A DNA stretch of 63,656 nucleotides, counting the filler, from Octopus bimaculoides (lineage: Eukaryota): the NCBI RefSeq assembly GCF_001194135.2. It is 6 parts of 6 records of this genome, joined end to end, with 100 filler letters (N's around TTAATTAATTAA, not from the genome) between each part and the next. Parts side by side here need not be neighbours in the genome. Positions count along the whole stretch, not along the records: positions 1 to 25,515 come from NC_068992.1; 5 more parts are not named here. One strand, given 5' to 3'. Of this stretch, positions 1-13,968 are shown piece by piece (position 1 is the stretch's first letter; each line of letters opens with the position of its first letter). Position numbers and translations under genes: made by a program. The notes under the pieces were generated by a model, which did not search any database, had not been told where the DNA came from, and worked only from the letters and a program-made list of their open reading frames with translations.

Positions 1-31
<31 letters not shown>

Positions 32-34
32 TTT

Positions 35-66
<32 letters not shown>

Positions 67-445
67 TACACGCATATTGAGTCATCCCATAAATAATGCG
101 TTTTTTTTAATACTTCCATTATTTTCAAAATTAAGAAAAACAAAGTTCATTTTTAAATCTAAAATATACTCTCCTTCACATTCTACAATGTTCTTCCATC
201 TTTTGAAATTTTAAGATGTTCAGCACCTGTATATATAAACATACCTGGCAACCTTGGTTCCCTACCAGGAAATATAAAAAGAACTTTTTTCAATTGATCA
301 GACTTTGATATGAAAAAATCCACAACGTTCCGTCTCAATAAACCGCTATTGTCCCTCAAAGTTGTTTTCTATATTTACTACAGTTTGTTTGAAGCTAACT
401 TTCTTCCTACACCTTGATCCTCAGAGCATATATTTATTTGCACAT

Positions 446-720
446 CACTCAGTGGTTAGAGCATCAGGTTCACAATCATGAAGTAGTGAGTTCCATTCCT
501 GGATCCGGCTTTGTGTTGTGTTCTTGAGCAAGATACTCTATTTCATGTTGCTCCAGTTCACTCAGCTGTAGAAATGAGTTGCGATATCACTGGTGTGGAG
601 ATGGGAAGCTTCTATGCATGAGCGACTGCTGGTCTTCCATAAACAGCCTTGCCTGGACTTGTGCCTCAGAGGGTTAACTTTCTAGATTCAATCCCATGGT
701 CATTCATGTCCAAAGGAGTT
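446..720 (+). mobile_element. tRNA-headed SINE (copies also at about 2128-2460 and 14040-14200 on +, 17240-17345 on -)
   Basis: CTCAGTGGTTAGAGCAT...CACAATCATG...GAGTT..ATTCC head, and a shared body between copies. Confidence 0.75.
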
Positions 721-742
721 TTTACCCTTTTTATATATATAC

Positions 743-777
<35 letters not shown>

Positions 778-1192
778 TGTGTGTGTGTGTGTGTGTGTAT
801 GGGAGTACATGTACACGTCTTTGTGTCCGTGTTTGTCCATCACCACCACTTGACAACCAGTGTTGATTTATTTCCCAGTAACTTAGCAGTTCAGCAAAAT
901 AGATTGACAGAATAAGTACCAGATTTAAAAAATAAGCCCTTGAGTCAATTTGTTCAACTGAATCCTTCAATGTGGTGCCCCAGCATGGCCACAGTTTAAT
1001 GACTGAAACAAGTAAAAGGAAAAAGATACTCCTTAATGCAAGATACGTTATGTCTGAAAGGAATAGAATTAACATTTTTGGCTGTGGTGCCTTTGATCAA
1101 ATGCCTTCTTGAACCTGCCTGATCTGAGCTAAGCAACAACAACAACAACAGTTTTAATTATGAGTTCAAGAAAGAATGCAAAATATACTTAC

Positions 1193-1438
1193 TTTGATCT
1201 AACAGTCAACTGATATGCAGTATTTTTACAGCTTATATTAGTGCAGTGGTTCTTGCAACAAATACTGCTACATTCTGTGCATCTAGTCTTGATAGATAAA
1301 TACAAAACTCGTGCCACAAAGACCAAATTCCAAAATGGATGTGAACGGTTGTGTATTTTCAGTAAGGTAAAAAATGTACAGTAGTCTTGTGTCGGAGTTG
1401 TTTGGTTGCCTGTCATCACAGCCATGTCATTGAACGAG
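1193..1438 (-). CDS. CTC1: CTC1 exon (OB-G with zinc-ribbon CTECSSICCKNHCTNISC)
   Basis: Acceptor CTCTAG, donor GTAAGT, phase 2/2; Cys motif matches recalled human CAYCTSICRQGKC. Confidence 0.9.
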
Positions 1439-3157
1439 CTAGAGTTTAGGAAGAAAAATGTACATAAAATACAGCATTGGTTAATAATTTTGTTTTAATG
1501 AACTAGAGTCAAGAAAAAGCATTGATGTGGGTACAGTTGCTACGTAAAAAGCACTGGTTCCACTTAAAAAGCACAACTGCTGGTGCCACATAAAAAGCAC
1601 TCAGTACACTCTGTGGAGTAGAGTGGTTGGCATTATAAAGGACATTCAGCTGTAAAAACCAAGCCAAAACAGATGTAACTGACTTATCCCCATGCCTAAA
1701 ATTGCTGGCCTTGTGCCAAAATTTGAAATCAATTTTACTACAACCATCATCACTCAACATCTAACCACTGACATCACCAACACCACCTCCACCATCATCA
1801 CTACCAAAAACACCATAGTTACCAGCTTTACCATTAGCACAACAATCAACACCACCACCATCACCACTGGAAATGATGTAATTATCAACTTCATCAATTA
1901 ACATAACCATCAACACCACCAACACCTCCACTATGTCCAACACTATTAACACAACCCCCTGCTGCCATTATCCCTACCATCACCAGAAGCACCTTCATCG
2001 TCATCAGCAGCGCTCCCACCATTGTCACTATCACCTTCACCACCACCATCTTTACTACCTCCACCACCTTCACCTCTGCAATGCCCACCACTATCAATGC
2101 TATCCCAACCACCTCAGCGTGAAGGCACATGGCTCAGTGGTTAGAGCATTGGGCTCACAATCATGATGTAGTGAGATTGATTCCCAATCCAGGCTGTGTG
2201 TTATGTCCTTGAGCAAGACACTTTATTTCACATTGCTCCAATTCACTCAGCTGTAGAAATGAGTTGCGACATCACTGGTGCCAAGCTCTATCGGCCCCTT
2301 TGCCTTTCCCTTGGAGAACATCATTGGCATGGAGAGAGGAGACTGGTATGCATGGGCGACTGCTGGTCTTCCATAAACAACCTTGCCCAGACTTGTACCT
2401 CGGAGGGAGATTTCTAGGTGCAATCCCATGGTCATTCATGACTCAAAGGGGTCTTTGCTCATTTTACCACCTCAGTAACACCCCCATCATCATCATCACT
2501 ATCACCACCACCACCAACCATTACAACACTATCATCAACAGCATCATAAACATAAGATGAGCTAAGCACCAAACTTACCATCCTGATGTAGGCTCTGGAC
2601 CACCAGAAATTCCACCAGCTAACACCCGGACTGTTGATATGGCAACGAACTGACAATAGACATTGCCTTTCTTAGAAACTTTTCTTTGGAGATGACGGAA
2701 TTCAACCACAGCACCAGGCAAAAGACCAACACAGTATGAGACATTCTTAAAATTCAAATAAATATTAACATCAGAATTTGTCTGTGTGTCTCTCACAGTC
2801 ATCTTGAATTTCTTATTTACAAAACTGGAGAAATCTGAAATAAAATTTGGAAAAAATTGAGAAAGATTTAGGAATTACATGTAGTTATACAGGTTCATTA
2901 TAAAGTCCCCTGCGAAATTTTAAATATTAAGTCTTTATATAAATTTAGTTACATGGAAGAAACGATAGCTGGTTATTATAATCATAAATAATAATGTTAT
3001 CAAACATAGGCTGTGTGGTAAGTAGCTTGATTTCTGATCATGTGTCTTGAGTTCAGTCTCATTATATGAGACCTTAGGCAAGTGTCATCTACTATAGCCC
3101 TGGGCCAACAAAAGCCTTGCAAATGGATTCGGAAGACAGAAACTGAAAGAAGCTCAT

Positions 3158-3203
<46 letters not shown>

Positions 3204-3214
3204 TNNNNNNNNNN

Positions 3215-3257
<43 letters not shown>

Positions 3258-6200
3258 TATGTGAGTGTGAGTGCATATGCATGTGCATGTGTGTGTGCAT
3301 TTTTGTGTTTGTCCCACTTACTGCTTGACAACCAGTTTGTCAAAAGAGACCAACAAAACAAATACCAAACCTAAAAGTGAAATAAGAACTGGAGTTCAGC
3401 TAAACTCTTCGAGGCAGCATGGCTGCAATCCAATGACTAATGCAAGTAAAATATAAAATAGCTATTATCAGGCCTCAAACATGTTCTTCAAGATATTATG
3501 TCCACCATTCAATGGAAGGAAGGAAGGAAGGAAGGAAGGAAGGATATATGACTATATCAAATGTGCATGTGTCTTAATGTTTGTGTTTGTCCTCACTACT
3601 GCTTGACCGGTCTTGGTTTATTAATGTCCACATCACTTAGCAGTTCAGCAAAAGAGACCAATAGAATAAGTACCAGGTTTAAAGAAAAATAAGCACTGTG
3701 GTCAATTTATTCGACTAGACCTTTGAAGCTGGTGCCCCAGCATGGCTGCAGTCCAATGACTGAAACAAGTAAAAGGCTGGTAAAAGTTAAAAGAATTACC
3801 AAGATTTGCATTGAATTCCTTCCGATCACATTTGCTATTTTCTGCAACATCCTCTGAAGAGTTCATTGAGAGTTTGTCATCAGCATCCGATTCAACATAT
3901 GTCAGAATAATAACTGGCAACAAATTCACTATGGTATCGGTGACACTGAAAAATGAAGGACAAATAAATAGTAACATGCATTTATTATGAACTAATTAGA
4001 ATATTCTCTTGACATATTTGCCAATTTAATTAATTAACATTTTCTTTCATTAAGATTTGTTTCTCATTAATTTTATTAATTAATTGATAAAAAAGCATTA
4101 GAAGAAATTGAAAAACAGTTTGGAGCAGGTTTTCACTTAAAAATAAAATTTATATTTAAGTTTATAACAAATTATACATATAAGTATACTGTTTGTATAC
4201 CTATATCTATACCTATATCTATACCCAAACATAAGCTTATACCAATACACATAAACACACACAAACACAAACACACACACAAGTTTGGTGATACAAACAG
4301 GAAAATAGTACACAAAACATAGGTTTCATCATCATCATCATCATTGTCGTTTAATGTCCGCTTTCTATGCTAGCATGGGTTGGACGATTTGACTGAGGAC
4401 TGGTGAACCAGATGTCCACACCAGGCTCCAATCTGATTTGGCAGAGTTTCTACAGTTGGATGCCCTTCCTAACACCAACCACTCCGAGAGTATAGTGGGT
4501 GCTTTTACGCGCCACCGGCACGAAGGCCAGTCAGGCGGTACTGACAACAGCCACGCTCAAAATGGTGTATTTTATGTGCCACCTGTACAGGAGCCAGTCC
4601 AGCGGCACTGGCAAAGATCTCGCTCGAATGTCCTTACACGTGCCAGGAAGGCAACGCTGGACACAGTTTGACAAATAGAAATCCATATAATATGTACAAG
4701 TCAGAAGTAAACACTGAGGCTGACATGGGTTGACTAAACTCATGAAACCAGTGTCCCAGAATGGTCACTGTCCAGTAACTGAAACCATTTAGAAAAATGG
4801 AAGAATTTTTTATAAGTTTAGTAAGCTGATGTTTGGAGAATAACTTAGCTAGTGATTCTCACACATTGTATTTTCCAGCATACAAATCGAAATTTTCATA
4901 CCAAAATTTGCAGCCAAAGAAAAGGTAGGTTAATTTATACATCAAGACAACTTTGGCAGACCAAAAATTCCACACAAAATCCTGCAGGATTTGGAAAGAA
5001 TATTTACATTGCATATTTATACTATATACTACATAAATCTGTATCCTGGAAAATATGGTAAAATTCTGTGGAATATTTTAATTTAATTATGAATACTTTA
5101 AAATGTGAGGTCATGTATCAAATGGATTTCTCTGTTGGTTGGTCTCAAAAAAGTGTAAATAATTAACCATGCTCTAAAACATCTAGTCATCCTTAGGTTA
5201 GTATTAGTTATTCAAAACTAATCACACCTGGCCTTGATCTATTTGTTATCTCTAGTATCAAGATAACCCCACCACTTCTGTCTGATTGCATATGTTGTCT
5301 TGTTTTACTTAGTTTCATGATATTTTAATTTGTGCTAGCTTGACTGTTTCAGGTTATAAGCAATATATTAACATTTTAATTAACACAGCAGATGGAACAG
5401 GTGCAGGCATGGTTGTGCTTCCCTAACACATCAGATGACGTAGCCTCAAATATACTACAATGGAATAGAAGATGGAATGGTATTAGATAGAACGCTTTTG
5501 ATTTGACAACAAGTTTACTGGATCCAGCCTGGCCTGTGGTTTTAATAACAGCAATGAACTGCCGACTCACCTACAGCGAAGGAGATCTGACACAGAACAG
5601 AGACAAGGTGGTTTCACAATAGTGTCATACTGAAGGGATGGTTTCTTTAATAGCTCTGGTAACCAGTTAAGCTGAAATATCAAAAATAAAAAAAAATACA
5701 ATACAATAAGGTGCAAGCACAGTTGTGTGGCTAAGAAATTTGTATCACCACCATGTAGTTTTAGGTTCAATCCCACTGCATGGCATCTTGAGTAGATATG
5801 TCTCCATACAAGATTGGAAAGCAAATGACACTCTTTGTAAGACAGTGACACTTATTTAGTCATTGTGTGATGTCAAAATGACAAGACACAAACACATAGA
5901 CACCCACATGCACACAAACACACACATACCATAGTCAACTGCTATAACAGTAAAGGTGATACCTTAGATAGAAATAATTACAGAGTTATCAAATTGTTGG
6001 ATCAGGTGGTGAAAGCTTTTTAATCACACAGTTATGCCTGCACCTATAACCATGTCCACAGGTATAGCTATGCCTGTGCCAATAGCCAGTCCATACCCAT
6101 AGCCATGTTCATGTCTATAGTCATGCCTGTGCCCATAGCCATGCTTGTGTCCATAGCCATGCCCATGTCCATACCTGTGTCCATAACAATGCCCGTGTCC

Positions 6201-9200
6201 ATAGTCATGCCTAAACCTTTTTTATTGGATATTCTGGCTTCCTACTGTTGTAACATAGAAGTTGTGGTTCTTCTCCACCCGCCCCCTGCCCTGCCAATGC
6301 AAAAAAAATGTCATTAGCGCTATCCTTCTTCCTCTTTTCAACCAAAAAAAATTGGCAGAATGTATAAACAAACCAATTCTATCTGAAAAGAAGATAAAAA
6401 CAGAACAAAATCAAGACTACAACCAACCTTGGCTTCATAATATGAGTTCAAGTGTGCAAGAGGAATTTCCTGCACCAATATGTTTTCTGACAAGCAGACA
6501 TAGCATTTTTCTACATTTTTAGTTAGAACCTGTGGATAGACAGATTGGAACACTGTAGATGTTCTGGACAGAGAAGTGCTTCCATATGAAATCAGCAGAT
6601 AACAGCTTCCTTCAGTCTGAAAAAGAGATAGAAATATAGAAAAAGTAAAGAGTTAAATGCATTATTATAGCTATCATAGTTTCAGCATAAAACTGGCAGT
6701 TTTGTCAGAGCATCAGAAAAATGCTTAGTAGTATTTGTTCTAATTCTTTACAATCTGATTTCAAATCCTGCCAAAGTTAGCTTTGCTTTCAGCTGGTCAG
6801 GATCAATAAAATAAAGTAACAGACAAGTAATTGGGGTTAATGTAATTGATTGACATTGATGGCTTTGTGCCTAAATTGGAAAGAATTATTTAAGCACAGG
6901 TGAACAATCAGAATTGTAAAAGCATCAAACAAAATACCTTGTAATGTTTGTTCTGAATGTCTACATAGGCGTAGCTGTGTGGTAAGAAGCTTGCCTCCCA
7001 ACCACATGGTTCCATGTTCAGTCCCACAGTGTGACACCTTGGGTAAGTGTTTTCTATTATAGTCTCGGGCCAACAACACACCCCTTTACTCACTCTTTGT
7101 CTCTTTCTCTTCCTCTCTCTTGTTTTCTCTCTCTCTCGCTTTCACACACACACGTCCATTTCATATTATAACATGGACATATTATAGTTTGTTTAGTAGC
7201 TTGCTGGAAACATACATGGAATCAAATTGCTCCAAACTGGATGTGAAGCCAGCTGGATTTATACTTATCTATTCTATCCCATTCGGGAGTAGCTTTTTTC
7301 TTTTCTTTTTCATTCTTTTTTGCTTTTTCCCTTCTCTCCTCCACCCTCTTTCTTCTGTATGTTTCAACTTTCTATCACTCTACCCTTTCTGTGTACATCG
7401 TTATTTCTTATTTTTCTTTCTCTTCTTCCCCCCCCCCTCCATGTTATGTCATCTTCAAAGGGGAAAGTTTTGTAGGTAAAAAAAAGGTGAGCTTTTTGTT
7501 GATGTTGTTTATCCTCCGGTCAGCTGTGATCCAGTAAATAAAAAGTGTAAACAAAAGAAAAGGTTAACAGAAGACGTTACTTCAGAATACTACTGACCTG
7601 CATGGTATCATACCATTTTGAGGCATCGTCTCGGAAGAAAATGACAGTTTGCTCATAGGGTATGGCATCCAACAGAGTTTCTGAGATCTTATCATCAAGG
7701 GAACCTGCCCTCACTGGTGAGATAAAAACAAAGGATGAAATACCATACTGAATAAATTGACCAGTTACGGTCAAGCAAGATTGAGGTTGCATGTTCAATG
7801 GGAAATGACCAACACAATAAATTGCTGGATTAAATGTTGTTATTTAACCTCAGACCAATCTTGATTGAGCAGAGTCATGATCAATGGCATTCCTGACATG
7901 GCCATCTTGACCTGTTTTTTTTATCGGACATGGCATATTTATGACAACGATGATGATGACGACGATGATGATGATGATGATGATGATGGTATATACATAT
8001 GACAAATTAAGTATGGCTTCCATGCACTGAATTTCCCTCACAAGGTATTGGTCAACCCAAGGATTATACTAGCCAACAAGGGATACTCACAGATAGGATG
8101 TCTTTGTTCACAGTTTTGCTTGACTAGATCTGTCTTGGGGCTAAAGGACAACAAGAACAACAACTGACTATCTACAGGTCTTACTCTGACTCAGTCAGGA
8201 TTAGTCTTGGCTTAAACAACAACAATAAGGTGATGAGGGAAAACTCTCAAAAATAAAACATTACCTTGAGTAGATTTGCTGTCTTTAGTATGCAGGAATT
8301 TATTAGCCGCTTTAAAGATACAACGAACTGGCAGAGTAAATGGCTTCCCCAAGAAATATCCATGGGTCATGAATTGCAATGAGGGTACCTTACTCTTATG
8401 AAACAGGTTTTCCAACAAAGATTCTTTGTAAGTCATTAAATAAACTTGACAGGTGCAAAGATCACGACCTGGAAAAGTTGCTTGAAGCTCGTTAGTTTTA
8501 ATAGAAATTTCCCTCCAGTGTTGAAAAGATGACCGAGAAATATCTTCCATAATGACAGCATCTTGCAACGAAAATTGCAGATATTTAACAAGTCTGAATT
8601 TTGAGCTGTCTAATAAGCTCAAAGTGGTTTCGGTTTTGTTAATGCCAGTAGAATTATTTATGAATACTTCCAAGACTAATTGGAAACGGTCCAGAGCAAT
8701 CAATTTTCCTAGACACCAAGTGTGCAAATAAGGACATGAGAAGTTAAACGTTTCATCATTTCTCTTAATTACGCAATTTCCGGAACAACGGTGATGATAT
8801 GGTGTTTGGTTGAAAGTCCAAAACTGGCAGACTGCATTGATGCTGTGGAATTGGTCAGTGAAGCAAAGATGGCCAGTGTCTGGGTTTAATGATAAATAAC
8901 CAACAAGCATCTGAGAAATAAAAAATCAAACAAATAAACAAAGAAACCAAACCATCAAAAATCAAACATAAAACTATTTAGGTTAACCCCTTTTGATATC
9001 ATATTTTTGTTGAAATACACAACATTTGCTTCAAATAGTTTTAAGTATAATGAAGAATGTAGCAAAATAGCTTTGCCATTATTAGGCTGGTGTTAAGAGT
9101 TTAAATTAACATGAAATATTGAGAGAAGATTTTAATTGAGATAATTTTAAAACAGGAAGATTGTATCATAAAACCAGAGGTGGTCTTAGGTGGAGTGGTG

Positions 9201-12200
9201 TCAAAAGGGCTAAATCAATAATTGGAATGAACATGATTACAAGTGATATTGTAAATTATAGGGTTTTCTACTAAAGAATTCACAAGAAGCGGTTCAAGTC
9301 TGGCTGTGTAGTAAGAAATTTGCTTCCCAAACACATGGTTCTGGGTTCAGTCCCACAGCATAAAACCTTGAGCAAGTATTTTCTGTTATAGAAAAAGGAA
9401 TAAGCCCCCCCCCCCAAATACTAAATGGGTAAGAGTATTCAAGGGGAAGAAGTAACTTTGGTTAATTGATAAACTGCATAGTTATACTTTATCTGTGAAT
9501 TTTCTTCTCCTAAACCTCCATGAAGACAATAATGAAGATGAAAATTTATTCTTCTCTGTTTTGAAATAGGCAAGAATTCCTTGAGCAAGTTCTTCAGATT
9601 CTTTTCTGAGGTCCAATGGAACAAAAGTCCGTGCATGAATGGTTTGTACCTGGAAATTAGAAGAAATTCATTAGCAAAAATAAAATAAAAGTGAAACAGA
9701 GATGTAGCAAAATCATAGACTTGTTGTTGGTTAGCCTTTGGTGAGTCATAATCTAGCACAGGCATCCCAGCCATGATGTCTATGCTAGACCAGTACCACC
9801 TTGAAGAGCATTTGGCACCAGGCTAGAGACCATTTGGTACTGAACCTCACAGAATGCATAAATCTTAAAATCTTATTTCTATTTTATTGACTATCACAGT
9901 CCACAATAACGAGTTGCATTATATATGTAATATATATGTAATAATCAAATTATATATTAAGCATTTCATTTGTGTTTTATTTTTCGTATGGTTTCTCAAT
10001 CTATGGAAAAATTGTCTAGCATGAAACAAGTCCATAGTGCTAAAAGGGTGGAAGACCATTGTTATATAGCAATCTTAATAATTAAAACTGAGAACGTGTG
10101 GCTTCTGTGTGTCCAAAGAAGGAATGTTACGCATAAGTGGGCTGGCTACATCCCAGGCAGAAGCCTTGGATTTTGGTCTCACTTGGCTTGCCGGGTCTTC
10201 TCACGCACAGCATATTTCCAAAGGTCTCGGTCAGAAGTCATTGCCTCGGTGAGGCCTAATGTTCGGAGGTCTTGCAAGATTAGCATGGAAACCATCTTGA
10301 AGTGATTTAACCACAGGTTGAATTTTGGGCTGTTGCTTTCAAGAAAGATGAATTTTCAAGATAAATGAGTTAAAATTTAAGAAGGTTTCAAATTTAACAG
10401 TTAGAAAATTTGGGCTTCGCTGATAAGGTGTGAATAATACCAGAACATGTCAAGAGTTGTCTCCTACGTCTGCCAACAAAATGAAAATTTTAACAGCTAA
10501 TATCATTTACCTTCGTCATTATATACTCTTTACTCTTTACTTGTTTCAGTCATTTGACTGCGGCCATGCTGGAGCACTACCTTTAGTCGAGCAAATCGAC
10601 CCCAGAACTTATTCTTTGTAAGCCTAGTACTTATTCTATCGGTCTCTTTTGCCGAACCGCTAAGTGACGGGGACATAAACACACCAGCATCAGTTGTCAA
10701 GCAATGCTAGTGGGGACAAACACAGACACACAAACATATATGTATACATATATACGACGGGCTTCTTTCAGTTTCCGTCTACCAAATCCACTCACAAGGC
10801 TTTGGTCGGCCCAAGGCTATAGTAGAAGACACTTGCCCAAGATGCCACGCAGTGGGACTGAACCCGGAACCATGTGGTTGGTAAGCAAGCTACTTACCAC
10901 ACAGCTACTCCTGTGCCTATATAATTATTTCTAGTTTCTAATGCTAATACTATTACCATTATTAATACGTTAACACTAATTGAAAGATGGTATAGAATTT
11001 AAGCTACTTACACGGCTGACATCTTCCTTAGCAGAAGCTGGACAACGATGCTCATATTCAATAAACTCTTGTACAAACTGTCGTGACTTTACACATTTGC
11101 ATGCCTTCAAGACATGAGACAGAATTCTTTCCCAAGCAAATTTATGTTGTTCTGAAGATCTAAGATGCAGAAAATAGTAACAAGACACAAAGTAAAAAAA
11201 TGTGAAAAGAAAGAGAAATTTACCAACATTTTCTAAAATGCAAAGAGAACAAAACAAAATTGTACAAATTTGTGAATAATAATAATAATAATAATAATTA
11301 TTATTATTATTATTATTATTACTTACTTTTTGAACAGAGATTGAGATATTCTGTTAAACTGAGCTTCCATTGGTAGAATAGTGTCTATTTCAGTGGGGCT
11401 AAGGTTGAATTTCAGTGTAGCCCTCAGGGTGAAAGAACAAGTTCTTAAAGGCTAGAATCAAATAAAAATTAATTATTAGTAATAGCAGTAGCATTGTTGC
11501 TTTCATAAAGATTGAGTATTTTTAATTGTCTGTACTACATTTACAGTAACAAGTAGTACTCCTATCAAGAATATAATCTCCTCTAACATGAGCAACTAGA
11601 GACCCTTACAATCATTTCAAATGTCAGGTCGTAATATTAGTAAAAGGTCTGTCCTGGTGAAAAAGCACAATCTTGACATAGCAAGGACCACATCCCAAAC
11701 ACTGCCTCTCTCTCCAGGGGCCAGAAAACATTTCAAGCCCTGGCAATTATTGGCATTCTACAAAGGTCAGGTGAAATTGACAGTGGAGTGTTGCTCCTAT
11801 ATTTGGGACTGGACTGGAATGATTGGAACGGGTGCCTCCGTGAGGCCCAACACTCAAAAGGAACTCAGCCACTTTGCTTCCATGAGGCCTAATGCTTGAA
11901 AGGAACTCAGCTACCCTGCCTCTATGAGGCCCACTTGAAAAGAACTTAGCCACCTCACCTCTGTGAGGCCCAACACTCAATAGGAACTCAGTCACTTTGC
12001 CTCTGTCAGGCCCAATGCTCAAAAGGTACTCAACCACTTTGCTTTCACGAGGCCTGACATGCAAATGCACTGAAAACTTCATAAACTTCAAATAAATAAA
12101 GTTTTGCTCACCAAAACACTGGAAGTCTTTTGAGTAAACTTCAGCACTTTGATACAACTTCTGGCACAGCAATACAGTCTCACTTGGTTTTCCTACAATA

Positions 12201-13900
12201 GAAGAAGACACTCTAAGAAATGACAATGATTGGCATCCCCATTATATTCTTGTTTTCCTTTTAACACTAATTATTATACGAGCTTAAAAGACGCACTCCA
12301 TGCGGACTTTTAAGCTAGCTCCTGTGAAGGGCTAACTGGGCCTGTGGCCCAAAACTAAGGAGAGCTAAATAGCAGAACTATAATACATCTATAATGACTT
12401 TATGCCCCGGTGGTGTTTAATCAGAGGTTAAGAACAGATGAGAATTAATGAAGCGAATGTCATTTATCTCTTCCTTGATCTCTGATATCATCTGACAAAC
12501 ACCAACCAAGATAGCATGAATCAGCCAAGCTTTACCTGCTAGAAATAGCAACCCCAAATGCTTTTAAATCAGATCTCAATGCTGGATGTTCAAGAATCCA
12601 ATGAAGGGCAAATTTTCAATCCCGGGATCATCCTGATTCCAAAAAGTTATGATATGTCTATTGAGAGCAAACGTAGACTGAGATACAGGGGTCTCAGATG
12701 GACACACAGAATTTCACTTCTGTTATTAAAGATTTTAATCTAAGAAGGAGAATATGAGACATTTTGGAACCCCTGTATGGCATCACTGATTCAATGCTGC
12801 CTTACTTGACATTAACCCTTTAGCATTCAGATTATTCTGTCAACTATAATGAAATTTATTTATATTGCATGTGTGTGTGTGTGAGTGTGTGAATGTATGT
12901 ATGTTTACACACGTGTATGTATGTATACATGTGTGTATGTGTGAGTATGTGTGTGCATGTGTGTGTGTTTACATCCAGTACCAAAAAGTACTGTTGCTAA
13001 AGCAGGTTCAGTGTCCAGTCAGCAGCGCCAAATAGCCAGCATTCAAACTGCCACACCCAACAGTCTCACTCTGCTGCAATGAGGGGAATGTTCCATCATA
13101 TCTTGTAGGCCTTCAGACCTTCCCAAACAAGTGTGGTTTACAGCTCCTGTAGATCTGCTGGAATTGGGAGTACGCAAATGACCAAACAACAACTAAAGGG
13201 AAAAATAAAGGGAAAATGGATAAATAAAAACAGCCAAATATAACTTACCTTCCCAAAATACTTTCGGTGAACATTGGAAACTTGGAGTACAGTGCCAACT
13301 CGAAAATGTTGGTAAATTACAAAAGCCAAATTATACAACAAGTACAGTCTGGAAAGACAAATTGATAGAAACAATGCAGAGATCTCTGATACATTAGAAT
13401 AACAGGCTAACTGTGTTCTTGTATTCAAAGTATTATTTTATATTCATCAGGTGCAAACTCGTGAGAATGCCTCATGTTTCCACAGGTTTTGGTACATAAA
13501 TACTGTATATATAGATATACATATATATATGTATGTGCATGTTTGTATCCCAATAGCTTAGCAGCTCAGCAAAAAGGGGCTGATAAAATAAATACCAGTA
13601 CTGGGGTATTAAAAATAAGCACTGGAGTTGATTTGTTCAACAAAAGCCTCTAAAATGGTGCCCCAGCATGGCAGCAGTTCAATGATTAAAACAAGTAAAT
13701 GACCAAAGGTTTGTCCAGACAAGTGTTCTTACCTAATTGAGTCTTTCAGAATAATAACTCCATCAGCAGTACAGCTTGTTATTTCACCCTAAAGTTATGG
13801 GAAAAAGATACACATACAGATATATATATATATATATATTGATAGATAGATAGATAGATAGATAGATATGTATGGATAGATAGATAGATAGATATGTATG

Positions 13901-13968
<68 letters not shown>

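Noticed and set aside
4740-4778. 39-nt phase 2/2 open segment with a good acceptor
   Set aside because: Weak donor (GTTTAG), and the protein aligns without it.
9439-9774. Listed 111-aa ORF as the CTC1 reading frame
   Set aside because: The alternative frame fits both flanking phases and CTC1 similarity.
11835-12056. CRISPR-like array
   Set aside because: Eukaryotic context; units are contiguous degenerate repeats without unique spacers; no cas genes.
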